Of a stretch of DNA of 64,000 bases, positions 22,090 to 32,711 are shown piece by piece (within the stretch, counting starts at the first letter, position 1; every line of letters begins with the position of its first letter). The notes below the pieces were generated by a model. It searched no databases. It saw nothing but the letters and a program-made list of their open reading frames with translations, and was not told the origin of the DNA. This stretch comes from an uncultured Gemmataceae bacterium (lineage in GTDB: Bacteria; Planctomycetota; Planctomycetia; Gemmatales; Gemmataceae). The translations under genes were made by a program, and so were the position numbers. Location of the stretch: assembly GCA_963750165.1 (NCBI GenBank), contig CAVVPN010000011.1:1504001-1568000 (forward strand), given 5' to 3'.

Positions 22090-25000
22090 ATGACCGAAGA
22101 AGAAATCTTCCACCAGGCGCTGTCCAGCAGTCCCGAAGAGCGGGCGGCGTACCTGGAGCAAGCGTGTGCCGGCGACCCGACGCTGCGCGCGGCCGTCGAG
22201 GCACTATTGCGGGCGAACGTCGGGGCGACCGGCTTCCTGGAGCAGCCGGCTCCGGCCCTGGCCGCCGCGGTCGATGAGCAGCCAGTTCGCGAAAGGCCCG
22301 GCACGATCATTGGCTCCTACAAGCTGCTGGAGCAGATCGGCGAGGGCGGCTTCGGCGTCGTCTTCCTGGCCGAGCAGACGCGGCCGGTCCGCCGCAAGGT
22401 CGCCCTCAAGGTCCTCAAGCCGGGCATGGACACGCGGCAGGTGGTGGCGCGCTTCGAGGCCGAGCGGCAGGCCCTGGCCCTCATGGACCACCCGAACATC
22501 GCTCGGGTCTTCGACGGCGGCGCCACGCCGGCGGGCCGGCCCTATTTCGTCATGGAACTGGTCAAGGGGCTGCCCATCACGGAGTTCTGCGACCAGGCGC
22601 ACCTGACGCCCCGGCAACGGCTGGCGCTGTTCATGGCGGTCTGCCAGGCAGTGCAGCACGCGCACCAGAAGGGCATCATCCACCGCGACCTCAAGCCGAG
22701 CAACGTGATCGTTTCCCGACACGACACCACGCCGGTCGTCAAGGTGATCGACTTCGGCGTGGCCAAGGCACTGGGGCAGGAGTTGACGGACAAGACGCTG
22801 TTCACCGGCGTCGCCCAGATGGTCGGCACGCCCCTGTACATGTCCCCCGAACAGGCCGGCATGAGCGACCTCGACGTCGATACCCGCTCCGACATTTATT
22901 CACTGGGCGTGCTGCTCTACGAACTGCTCACCGGCACGACGCCACTGACCCGGGAGCGTTTCCAACGGGCGACCTACGACGAGATCCGCCGCATCATCCG
23001 CGAGGAGGACCCGCCCCGGCCGAGCACGCGGCTGTCGGCGTTGAAGAAGACGCTGCCGGCGGTCTCGGCGCTACGGCACACGGAACCCGCCCGGTTGACG
23101 AAGCTGGTGCGCGGCGAACTGGACTGGATCGTGATGAAGGCGCTGGAGAAGGACCGCAACCGCCGCTACGAGTCGGCCACCGCCTTCGCCCAGGACGTGC
23201 AGCGCTACCTGGACGACGAGCCGGTGCAGGCCTGTCCGCCGTCGGTGGGCTACCGGCTGCGCAAATTCGTGCGGCGGAATAAGGGGACGGTGCTGGCGGC
23301 GGCGCTCGTGCTGCTGATGTTCGTGGCCGGCTTCATCGCGACGGCGGGGGCGATGCTCCGGGCCGTCCAGGCGGAGGCGTTGGCCGTGGACGAAGCGAAG
23401 CAAAAAACGGCCGCCCTGAAGGAGACCGAAGGCGCCCTGGCGGCGGCCAAACAGAGCGAGCGCGGCCGGACGGAGCAGTTGTGCGAAGCGCTGGTGGCGG
23501 AGGCGCGGGCGACCCGTCTGAGCCGCCGCGCGGGGCAGCGCTTCCAGAGCCTGGAGACCTTGCGTCGCGCGGCGCAGCTGGCCCGCGGCCTGGAGTTGCC
23601 CGTGGCCAAGGTCCAGGCGCAGCGGAACGCCGCGACCGCCGCCCTCGCCGTGCCCGACCTGCACCTGGCCGGCCCGTGGGTCACCTGCACGGCCGAGGTC
23701 GATAACTGGGATTTTGACGACGACCACGCCGTCTGCGCCTGGACCGACCGGCAGGGCGCGTGCAGCATTCGGCGCGTCGCCGATGACGTGGAACTCCTGC
23801 GCCTGCCGGGACGGAACACGCTCGCCCGGCTCCGGCTCAGCGGGGACGGCAAGTTCGTAGCGATCATGTACATTGATCGGCGGGACGAGAGCATCGGCAT
23901 CGCGGTGGACGTGTGGCAGCTGAACCTGCCCACGCCGCGCCGGGTCCTGTCCGAACAGCGTGCCCATTGTGCCGTGTTTCATCCCACGGCCCCTAAGGTG
24001 GCCCTGGTGGACAACGACGGCGGCATCGGGTTGTTTGAACTGCCCAGCGGCCGACGGTTGAGCCGCCTGACGCCCGTCGTGTTCACGCGACATGTCACCG
24101 TTGCCCTGCACCCGACGGAGCCCCTGGTGGCCGCCTGCACCTACCACGGCTCGGTCGTGCTCCTGCGCGACCTGACGACGGGGCAAGTGCTCGCGATGCT
24201 GCCGCAACCCCATCGGCCCTACAGCGTCACCTGGCATCCGGACGGCCGGACGCTCGCGGTCGGCATGGCCGAGGCGCACGCCATCCATCTGTACGACCGG
24301 GCCACACTCCGCCGGTTCCGCACGCTGGAAACCGTTTCGACCGCCAGCGCGGTGGCCTTTCACCCTGCGGGCGATCGGCTGGCCGTGGTCGGCTGGGGGG
24401 GCACCGTGGAGCTGTTCGACGTGGGGACGGGGCAGAGGCTGTTTGCGACGCCGCCGGTGTCCTGCTCAGCGCTCCGCTTCCGCCGCGACGGCCGGCGGTT
24501 GGCCGGCACGGCCCGAGACGGCAAGCTCGGCACCTGGCAGGTCGGCGACAGCCGCGAATACCGCACGCTGGTCCGCAAGGGTTTGCCGCCGAGGCAGGAG
24601 TACGTGTGTGCGTCCGTGTCCCCGGACGGGCGGTTGCTGGCCGTCGGCACGGTCGGGGGCTTCGGCCTCTGGGACCTGGACACCGGCAGCGAACTGGTCT
24701 ACATCCCGAAATTAAGCGGCAACCACCTGGTCCACTTCGAGCCATCCGGGTCCCTGCTGGTGCTGGGCCCCTCGGGCCTGGATCGCTGGCCGATTTCCAG
24801 GGACCTGACGGTCGCCGCCGGGGTGGTCGGCCCGCCCGAGCACTTGCCACTGCCCCGTGGCCAGTTGCTCGGTCAGAGCGGCGACGGCCGGGTGACCGTG
24901 ACCTGCTCGCGGGCGGTTGCGGAAGAAGCGCCCCACGCCGGCGGTTGGCTGCTGCACGCGGACCGGCCGGACCAACCGCGCCGCCTCGACGCCGGCGTGG

Positions 25001-25969
25001 ACCTCGGCTTCATCACGGTCAGTCCCGATGGCAACTGGGTCGTAACCGGCGCTCGATTATTGCGGCGTGGCCAAGGTCTGGGACGCCCGGAGCGGCAAAC
25101 TGGTGAAACAACTGGCCGAGCACATGGCCTATCCGCACTTCAGCCCCGACGGCCGCTGGTTGTCCACCGCGCTGGACGGCGGCCGGCTCATTGCCGTCGG
25201 CACCTGGGAACTGGGACCACGGGTGGCCCCCGGCGCCGGCGTGTTCAGCCCGGACAGCAAGCTCTTGGCCGCCCCGACCCCCGCCGGCATCCGCCTGATC
25301 GACCACACGACCGGCCGCGAAATCGCGCTGCTGGAAGACCCCAACCTCGATCTGGTCAACCAGATGCTGTTCACGCCGGACGGCACGAAGCTGATCGCGT
25401 TGAACGACCGGCACGGCGTCCACGTCTGGGACCTGCGGTGCCTGCGCCGTCAGCTGAAGGAACTGGGTCTGGACTGGGAGTGGCCGGAATTCGCGGCGGG
25501 GGTTGGGAACGCCGGCGTCGCGCCGGCCAGCGACCCGCCGGTCATTCACGTCCTCCACGTTCCCAACCACGATCCTACCCTCCACGCGGCGGCCTGGGCG
25601 CTCGCGACGAGCGCGGACGCCAAGGCCCGGAACCCTGCCGAGGCCGTGAAACTGGCCCAGAAAGCCGTCGAACTGACGCCGGGAAACGGCGGCTACTGGA
25701 ACACGCTCGGCGTGGCCTACTACCGCAACGGCGACTACGAGGAGGCCGTGGCGGCCCTCACGCGAGTGGCCCAACTCCACGGGGAGTCTGTCCTCGGCGG
25801 GTTCTTCCAGGCCATGGCGCTCTGGCGACTGGGCGAAAAGGAGGAAGCCCGCCGGTGGTACGACCGGGCCGTGGCGTGGATGGCAAAGCACCGGACCACC
25901 AACAGGGAGTTGATCCGCTTCCGGGCAGAAGCGACGGAACTACTGGGTGTTGACGAAAAGAAGCATTGA
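22090..25969 (+). CDS. Ser/Thr protein kinase with TM segment, WD40-like repeats and C-terminal TPR (one apparent frameshift near 25060)
   Basis: Kinase motifs [56 protein letters not shown]; repeated (F/W)xPDGxxLA motifs. The 25067-25969 frame continues the WD40 repeats and ends in a TPR ([12 protein letters not shown]). Confidence 0.92.
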
Positions 25970-26190
25970 GGCCCAGGGCGGCCGGTGGGGTCCTTACCGC
26001 CGGGCAAGCCCCCACCGGCCCGGCACCGCCACGGTAGGCCCGCCGGGGGCGGTGGTGTCATGACCGGACTGCGGCGGCATGCGTTGTTTACCGGGATCAG
26101 AATCTTGGTCCCTTTGGCCGCGGGGCAGGTTGCCGCGGATCGGTACGAGCCGGGTGGGATCGCGCGTGTTGGGAGAGACAGGTAACTCAA

Positions 26191-26277
26191 GCCTTTGCCC
26201 CGTTTCCGGGATCGGACGGTGGCGTACACCGTCGCGACCGGCACCCAGTTGCCTTTGTCCCGTTGCCGGGATCGGAC
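26191..26277. repeat. Two 27-bp direct repeats with a 33-bp spacer
   Basis: gcctttgccccgtttccgggatcggac (26191-26217) and gcctttgtcccgttgccgggatcggac (26251-26277), 2 mismatches. Confidence 0.75.
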
Positions 26278-26969
26278 CCACCCGCGCGGAAACCGCGCGT
26301 ACAATTCGGCTAGCGGAGCCGATTCGACCTGCCCGTCGAGCAAGGCCCCGGCAGCGAGTGTGCTCGCGGCGGCCAGAATGGTTGACGCTCGTACAAGGGT
26401 TGCGCGCTCCGGTCTTCTCGACACACCGGAGTGGTTTTCCGCCGCCCCGGCACTTCCGGACCCGAGTACGAAGTCGAGCAAGCAGTGGTCGGACCCTATT
26501 TCGCTGGCTCCGAACCGCTACCCAGCGGGTCGAGGTGTCCCGTGCCAATTCGTGCGCCACGGACATCACCACCCGGAACCCGGATTCACTCCGGCAAGTG
26601 CCGCACCCAGACCCGAATGTACTCGCATGTCGGCGCTTGCCGGCGCACGATGTCCGACAGGTCGTGGCTGGCGCCCAGCACGATCAGCCCGAAGTCCTCC
26701 CGCGTCCAGCACCGCCCGCACCATCGCCTCCCGCCGCCGACAGGGACGCATGGGGACTGTACGCACTCGCCGGGTTCCAGCCACTCGGACCAGGATCGAG
26801 AAACCGGCCACGAGCCGTAGTCGGGTGGCGGCGGTGGACGATAGAATGAACTAATGGTGGGCCCGCAGGCCCATTCCCTCCGGATAGTCCCCGGAGGCGA
26901 CCAAGACTGGGGGCGCAAACGCCCATCCGAATTGTGTCCCTGTCCACACTTCCTTCAAGGAGACCGAGT

Positions 26970-27563
26970 ATTCGCTATTTCGACCGTCAGCCAGCGCAGG
27001 ATCGCGGCCCGCGCATGAACGAGCAGATCCGCATCAGCCCCGTCCGCCTCATCGGCGTCGAGGGGGAGCAACTGGGCATCGTGTCCACCGCACTGGCCCT
27101 GGAGAAGGCCCGGGAGGTGGGATTGGACCTGGTGGAGATGGCCGCCGACGAGCGGCCGCCGGTCTGCAAGATCCTCGACTACGGCAGGTTGCGCTTCACG
27201 AACTCGCAGAAGAACAACAAGGCCGGCAAGGTCCGCCAGCAGAAGGTGAAGGAGATGCGCCTGCGCCCCAAGACGGGCGACCACGACGTGGAGACCAAGG
27301 TCAACCAGGCGCGCAAGTTCCTCGAACACAACGACAAGGTCCAGATCACCGTCCTGTTCCGAGGCCGCGAGATGCAGCACCAGCAGGAGGGGCGGCGGGT
27401 GCTGGACTTGGTCTTGGAGAAACTGGCCGAGGTGGGCAAGGTGGAGCGCCCGCCGACGATGGACGGGAAGAAAATGACCGCCCTGGTCATGCCCAACAAG
27501 GCGGCGGCCAAACCCAAGCCCAAGCCGGCGATGAAACCGGCGGGGGCGAAGCCGACGGTCTAA
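26970..27563 (+). CDS. infC: Translation initiation factor IF-3, probable ATT start
   Basis: NEQIRISPVRLIG..G.QLGIV...LDLVE...PPVCKILDYG...KEMRLRPK..DHD.ETK...FL...DKV...FRGRE. AAGGAG at 26957-26962 lies 7 nt before an in-frame ATT at 26970. Confidence 0.95.
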   Translation: MRYFDRQPAQDRGPRMNEQIRISPVRLIGVEGEQLGIVSTALALEKAREVGLDLVEMAADERPPVCKILDYGRLRFTNSQKNNKAGKVRQQKVKEMRLRPKTGDHDVETKVNQARKFLEHNDKVQITVLFRGREMQHQQEGRRVLDLVLEKLAEVGKVERPPTMDGKKMTALVMPNKAAAKPKPKPAMKPAGAKPTV

Positions 27564-27737
27564 CAGCGACATGCCGACGGTGCGGGGTACGGGCACTGCC
27601 CGGCCCCGGATCGTCGGGTCCCTTCGAGCCGAAGAAGTTGTAACTGCCGCTCTGGCCATCTGCATGAGTCTGCGCCCCAGCAGGTATCCAACAACCACAC
27701 CCAGCCCGCGCCGACGATGGGGGCCACGCCGCCCCCG

Positions 27738-28483
27738 TCACGCGCTGCCTTCCCTGCGCCGCCGGTCGCGGAACGTGGGGATGCCCAACTTGCAACGCTT
27801 CTGCAAGACGGCCTGTGGCGCCCTCCCCAGCCGCCGGGCGACTTCCTCATCCGGCAGCGTGCCGAGCAGCGCCACCTGCTCGGCGGTCCAAAGCCGGCTC
27901 GTGGGGTTCGGGATGCGCAGCCCCTCCCGCTTCTGCCGCACCGCGTCCGGCCGGTGCGCTTCGCCACCTCCGCGTCGGGCAGCATGCCAAGCAGTGCCAC
28001 GTCAGCCGTTGGCCAGAGGTGCTCGTGATAGCCCGGCTTCAGGTACGCGGCCAGCCCCAGCTCGATGCTGGTACGTCGGCGCCGCTCGCGCTCCTCCTCG
28101 GTCCACTCCCGGGCCTGCGTCGCCGCGCCGGCCGCCTCCCACACCGCCTGGTAAAGCCGGCGGCTGCCCTCGGGGTCCGCCCTGGCCACGCCCAGGGCCT
28201 TGCGCCAGCGCCAGACCACGCCCGCGGTCACGCCCCACCAGTGCAGGACGGCCGCTGCCGACTCGTGCCGCACGGCGCGGGCCCGTTCTTCATCGAGTAG
28301 TAAGCCTGAACCACCGCCGGGCGAATCGACGGCACGGCAGCGCGGCCAGGGGATGCGGGCGTCGGTCCAGCTGGTGATGACGACGGTGCAGTCCCGCAGC
28401 AGACAGGTGGTGCGATCGCCCTTCCGCAGCGGCGGCGCCCGGTACGGGCCGAACAACAGCCGGACGCGCTCCCGCTGGTTCAC
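27738..28483 (-). CDS. Hypothetical protein with repeated HTH-like WTxxxxALLGxxPDxEVAxxxGR motifs (frameshift near 27950)
   Basis: LLFGPYRAPPL...W..WRKALGV, then WPTADVALLGMLPDAEVAKRTGRT; a second copy WTAEQVALLGTLPDEEVARRLGR is in the 27738-27941 frame. Confidence 0.7.
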
Positions 28484-28790
28484 TGAACGCCCCCTGGCGG
28501 TCACCCGCCCTCGGTATTGCTCCCTACCGTACAACGTAACGCGGTGCTGGCCCGCCTGTCCAGCGCCGAGCCACTGAACTCCCCGTTCGGCTGCAGAATC
28601 GCACAAGTTGGCGTCTTAGAATCACACACGCCCCATAGTCGCTGCGTCAACGATGCTGATCGTTGACGTTGTTACCGCTGCAAGAGTCAGCGCTTATGCC
28701 GCTTTCGACTCCTTGGCCCTTATTTGGCATCCAAATTGCTATTCTGCAAACTCCTTTCGCTTCTGTCCCTAAACACAAGGAGACCTCAGT

Positions 28791-29099
28791 ATGACTTGGC
28801 ACAACGATACGTGTGGCTGCGCTGAATGTGGCAACTACGGGCAGAGGTACAACCCGAAGGCAATCCACAATCAGTCCTGTGGGTGTGCAGAGTGTGGCAA
28901 TTACGACTACGTCCCGACAATCGCGCACGAAGCGAAGCAAAGTCATCCGATCCTGAACTCGGCTAGCGAGGCCGTTGAGATGATCCCCGTGCCCATCGAA
29001 CTGCTGAACGAAGTTCGTGCGTTGATCGCAAAGCGGACCCACGCCGCCCCGATGCCCCGCTCCGGCGCCGGCGGCGGTTCGACCTTCGTCAGTTCGTAG
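28791..29099 (+). CDS. Small Cys/His-rich protein with duplicated HNxxCGCAECGNY motif
   Basis: AAGGAG RBS 8 nt before ATG; motif present twice; locally AT-richer DNA. Confidence 0.75.
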   Translation: MTWHNDTCGCAECGNYGQRYNPKAIHNQSCGCAECGNYDYVPTIAHEAKQSHPILNSASEAVEMIPVPIELLNEVRALIAKRTHAAPMPRSGAGGGSTFVSS

Positions 29100-29310
29100 C
29101 CCAGTTCCCGCGTCGGACGCCGGTTGCCCGCAGCCAGGCCAGACGCCACGCCACCGCCTGCGTCGGCGCCGTGGCCAGGATGCGGGCGCCGGGGCGGTGC
29201 GCCTCGACCGTCCAGGAGTTGGCGCCGCCGTGCTCGCCCAGCGACCAGCCGGCGCGGTGCAACAGGTCGCGGTAGGCGTCCACGTCGGCGGGTGGGTCGA
29301 GGCGACGCAC
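29089..29310 (-). CDS. Small hypothetical protein
   Basis: GGAG + GTG start; DVDAYRDLLHRAGWSLGE...W.VEA.R....I.A.A.TQA.AW reads as a compact protein. Confidence 0.55.
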   Translation of the reverse strand: MRRLDPPADVDAYRDLLHRAGWSLGEHGGANSWTVEAHRPGARILATAPTQAVAWRLAWLRATGVRRGNWATN

Positions 29311-29501
29311 GACGGTAGTTCTCCAGGGTGGCGGAGGAAAGGGAAGGGGCCGGTTTCCCGGCCGCGGCGTCGCCCAGTCACCGCTACCGTTCGACCGGCC
29401 CGGATAGAGTAGAACGCGAGAACAGGGCGGCGCCAAGAGGGGAGCGATCCGCAGCGGTGATCGCTGTGGTTCGTGTGCGGCAGCGAACGCGCGGCCACGA
29501 T

Positions 29502-29834
29502 TCAATCCCCTTCCAGGTTTCGCAAGGCGTTCTCCCCCGACGGGCTCATCTCGTCAAACAGGGAACTTTGCGCCTGGCCCGCGTGCCAGCGCTTCGCCTG
29601 CGCAGGCGGGTCGGCGGACGCCTGGGGCTCAACTGGAGGCTTCGCGTAGGTTCTGTATTTAACAAACTTTTCCAGAATCGCGGCCGTCGGGAATCTGCCA
29701 AGGCTCGCGTCGAACGCCGCAAATGACTCGGCGCGGACCGCAGCGGCACGCTCCGGCTTCAGGGGCTTTGTGGCCCGCAAGGTGGCGGCGCGGATCGTCT
29801 CCTCGATGGTTGCAATCGCCTCGTTGCGCGTCAT
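29502..29834 (-). CDS. Hypothetical protein
   Basis: GGAGG RBS, ATG at 29834, 110 aa helical-looking ORF. Confidence 0.55.
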   Translation of the reverse strand: MTRNEAIATIEETIRAATLRATKPLKPERAAAVRAESFAAFDASLGRFPTAAILEKFVKYRTYAKPPVEPQASADPPAQAKRWHAGQAQSSLFDEMSPSGENALRNLEGD

Positions 29835-29932
29835 CACTTTCCCTCCTTGCCACCGACCAAGTGCGTGGATCGTGGCTGCCGACATTCGACGCCGCACATC
29901 GCTCCGATCGCGAACAAAAGTCCGCGTTATGG

Positions 29933-30424
29933 CTAATTACGGCGAAACGGTCGCCTATTCAGGGCGTCGAGAAAAACTTGCGTAAGCCATTCCGTCTGCG
30001 CGTCGTTCTGCCCGGTGACAACGTCATCCTGCTGATAATAACCGTCAAATGCTGCAGCGGCGGCTCTGACCCATGCCGAAAGCAGCACCGCCAAGGCGGT
30101 TTCGCGGTCTGCCCCTGCCTCGCCACAGAAAGCGTGGTAGCTGGCCCAGGCTACAGGGTTGAGGCGTGCCTGGTCATCGTCGTCCTGGGAGCCGGTGGTG
30201 CCGAGCCAAAGGACGAAAAGGTTGGGAGAGTGGGAGTCATCTCCGATGAGGTAATACTCCTCGACGAGGGATCCGTGGAAGTTCTCGCCGCGGTCGATCT
30301 TGACAACACGCTGCGACCTCGCCGTGTGCGGGGGAGGACACCAGAAGCGCCTCGGGGGGTGTCCATCCAGGCAGACTTGCACGACAACTTTTCGGTCCGG
30401 CCCGAGCGTAACGGTTCTCCGCAT
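29933..30424 (-). CDS. Hypothetical protein
   Basis: 163-aa ORF of ordinary composition, co-oriented with its neighbours. Confidence 0.5.
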   Translation of the reverse strand: MRRTVTLGPDRKVVVQVCLDGHPPRRFWCPPPHTARSQRVVKIDRGENFHGSLVEEYYLIGDDSHSPNLFVLWLGTTGSQDDDDQARLNPVAWASYHAFCGEAGADRETALAVLLSAWVRAAAAAFDGYYQQDDVVTGQNDAQTEWLTQVFLDALNRRPFRRN

Positions 30425-30504
30425 GGTTCAATCTCATGCGCCTGGGGTCGGTCGGACGTTGGCAAAAGAATCCTTTGGGCTGTACGGGGGTTCGCGCCTT
30501 GTCA

Positions 30505-31866
30505 TCATGTCGCGGCAGCCTGACTGTTCTGCGTGGACAAACGCTTGAGGATTTCAGCTTCCTTCTCGATCTGCCGTAGCGCGGCCTTCGCCACCCTTTT
30601 GGCGTACTTGACCCAGTAGGCCCGGTTCGAGGAAGACCCTCTCGGCCCACCCTCGTCAAACTCAGAACAGGTCTCGATCACTCCAGGAATTGAATACAAC
30701 AAGTCACCCAAGTAATCGAGGAAGGAATTGTAACACGGCCCCCGTAGGTTTTCGTCGTCGAGGTTCCCTCCGATCTCCGAACGCACCTCCTTCACCAACT
30801 GGGCGAGCCGGTAAAGTTGCAAGTCAGGCATCGCCTGTCCCGCTTGTTCCGCCTTCAGAAATGCTTTGACCGCCTCGTCCATTCCCTCCACGGCTTGGTC
30901 TTTGAGGTCAAAGAAAGTACCGCCTCCAATCTCCGCGAAAGTCACGTCGATAAAGGCGAGCAGGTGGCTACAACCGTCGGTTGCCTTGCAGAAGGGGCAT
31001 GCTCCGTTGTCGTCATCACACTCTCCATCGTTATCCAGGTCGTCATTCCAGACCGCGACGTGACGACTGCTGACGGATTTGACCACGATTGAAGGCGGGT
31101 GCGACGCACCATCGCGGTCGCCGAAGTTGCTCCGCAACCACCGGAGCGCTGCCGCCGCTTCGCGTTTGACTCGCCCGCCGAAACCGGATTCGGGGTGAAA
31201 CAGATCGACGCCTGCGCCGCTGAGCATCCCTTCCGTGTCCCAGCGAACTTTGACGACACCCGGTTCGTGCACGACGTAATCGCTGCCGTACTCGCCTGCC
31301 CGGGTGATCAATTCGCCCACCTCGTCGGGTGCGTTTTCTTCCACGGAAGCGCGCTCGTCCGGTTCCAGGGAACCGGCCCGCTCGGTCAGTTCTCTTACCT
31401 CGTCGTTGAAGTCTACCGACCGAAACCAGGAATATTCAGGACCTTCTTTTGTGCATACCCAGTGGCTACAGTAGTTGCCTGCCCCGGCCAGGATGTCGCG
31501 AAAGCAAATGGGACACCGTTGCCCCTCGCCGTGGGCATGGTCGTATTCTGGCTGGTAATCCGCCCCGGCCGCTACCAGGAGGCGGGCCACCGCAAGCCGT
31601 TTTGCTGTTCGCGCCAGTTCAAATGCAGTTTGGCCTTTTCTGTCGGTGGCGCCAAGGGCGGCTCCGTTGTCCAGCAGCATCGCTACTGCCTGATCATGGC
31701 CTTTCACTGCCGCATGCATGAGAGCCGTCCTACCCCTTGCATCCGGGGCGTTGACATCTGCACCGCGACGGAGTGACGCACTCATTGCGAAAAGGTCGCC
31801 GGCGCGTGCCGCGTTCAGCAAGCGTTGGTTTTCCAGCATTCGCGAATGCTTCCCCGGCGGTGTCAT
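30505..31866 (-). CDS. Ankyrin-repeat protein with two CPxC...CSH domains
   Basis: LLNAARAGD...GADVNAPDARGRTALMHAAVKGH...LLDNGA...DRKGQTAFELA; then CPICF...YCSHW and CPFCK...GCSHL. Confidence 0.8.
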   Translation of the reverse strand: MTPPGKHSRMLENQRLLNAARAGDLFAMSASLRRGADVNAPDARGRTALMHAAVKGHDQAVAMLLDNGAALGATDRKGQTAFELARTAKRLAVARLLVAAGADYQPEYDHAHGEGQRCPICFRDILAGAGNYCSHWVCTKEGPEYSWFRSVDFNDEVRELTERAGSLEPDERASVEENAPDEVGELITRAGEYGSDYVVHEPGVVKVRWDTEGMLSGAGVDLFHPESGFGGRVKREAAAALRWLRSNFGDRDGASHPPSIVVKSVSSRHVAVWNDDLDNDGECDDDNGACPFCKATDGCSHLLAFIDVTFAEIGGGTFFDLKDQAVEGMDEAVKAFLKAEQAGQAMPDLQLYRLAQLVKEVRSEIGGNLDDENLRGPCYNSFLDYLGDLLYSIPGVIETCSEFDEGGPRGSSSNRAYWVKYAKRVAKAALRQIEKEAEILKRLSTQNSQAAAT

Positions 31867-31898
31867 CGCTGTACCCTCAAGTTCGCTGCAAGTTTTTC

Positions 31899-32711
31899 TC
31901 ACTCCGGTCTCCGGCTCAGATCGATCGGCTTGAGGTTTCCGGCAGTCGCCAACGCTTCAAAGTGCTCGGCCAATCGCGTGGCGAACCGGTACGACTGAAC
32001 CAGCGCCCCCACCTCGATGTTCCGAGTCTGGGCCGCCTCGGTGAAGTTAGCGGAGGTCACGAGCGCGACCCGACGGTCCACCACCACGCACTTGGCGTGC
32101 AGGCTCGACCGCTTCACCGCCTCGGCGTCCAGTGACCGGGGATCGTAGTACTGTTCCGGCAGACGGCCGCCAGGCCATTCCTGCGTGCGAAACCGGTGGG
32201 CGAAGCGGCGCAGCAATTCCCAGTCTGGGGCATAATCACCTGGGGACCGCTGCACGTCGAGGAACAACCGCACTCGCAGGTCGGGCACTTCAGCCATGCG
32301 CTCTGCCAGGGGGCGGAACACCTCCCGTCCCTGGTAGACCGCGAATCCGGCGACCAGTACCTCCGACTCAGCACAGCCAAACAAGTCGCGAACAACGACC
32401 CCGGTGTCGCGGTTGCTGATGCCGAGCGTTTCCGGCCCGGTCCAAACGAGGTCAATCACATCTGCCGGTTGGGGGTGCTGAACCCGCGTCGTCAGCACCG
32501 CCTCGGCGAGATGTGCCAGGTGCCGCGGTTGCATACCCTCCCCGTCGAGGTGGGCCAGGTACTGTGTGACTGCCGCGGCATGCCCCGTGTCGCAGAAGCG
32601 GCCGACCGCTACCGCTTTGTACGGCGGTTGCAGCCGGCCTGACCGCAGCGCTGATGCCAGTGCCATCAGGTCAACGTCAGTGAGAAGTTGCAGGGCGTCC
32701 ACGGGGTTCAC
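31899..32711 (-). CDS. drmC: DISARM phospholipase D-family nuclease DrmC
   Basis: DLVWTGPE, single HKD motif LHAKCVVVD..ALVTSANFT, NIEVG; its start overlaps the drmB stop (GTGA). Confidence 0.88.
   Translation of the reverse strand: MNPVDALQLLTDVDLMALASALRSGRLQPPYKAVAVGRFCDTGHAAAVTQYLAHLDGEGMQPRHLAHLAEAVLTTRVQHPQPADVIDLVWTGPETLGISNRDTGVVVRDLFGCAESEVLVAGFAVYQGREVFRPLAERMAEVPDLRVRLFLDVQRSPGDYAPDWELLRRFAHRFRTQEWPGGRLPEQYYDPRSLDAEAVKRSSLHAKCVVVDRRVALVTSANFTEAAQTRNIEVGALVQSYRFATRLAEHFEALATAGNLKPIDLSRRPE

Noticed and set aside
25067..25953. Arg/Pro-rich C-terminal tail of the 1287-aa kinase ORF
   Set aside because: Out-of-frame read-through; the real WD40/TPR continuation is in the 25067-25969 frame.
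26191..26277. CRISPR array
   Set aside because: Only two repeats, no leader or cas genes, and the repeat lacks typical CRISPR termini.
27671..27695. Possible degenerate left att copy (tgcgccccagcaggtatccaac vs tgccccctgtaggactcgaac)
   Set aside because: Only about 13 of 20 positions match. The position is suggestive but the match is too weak to call.
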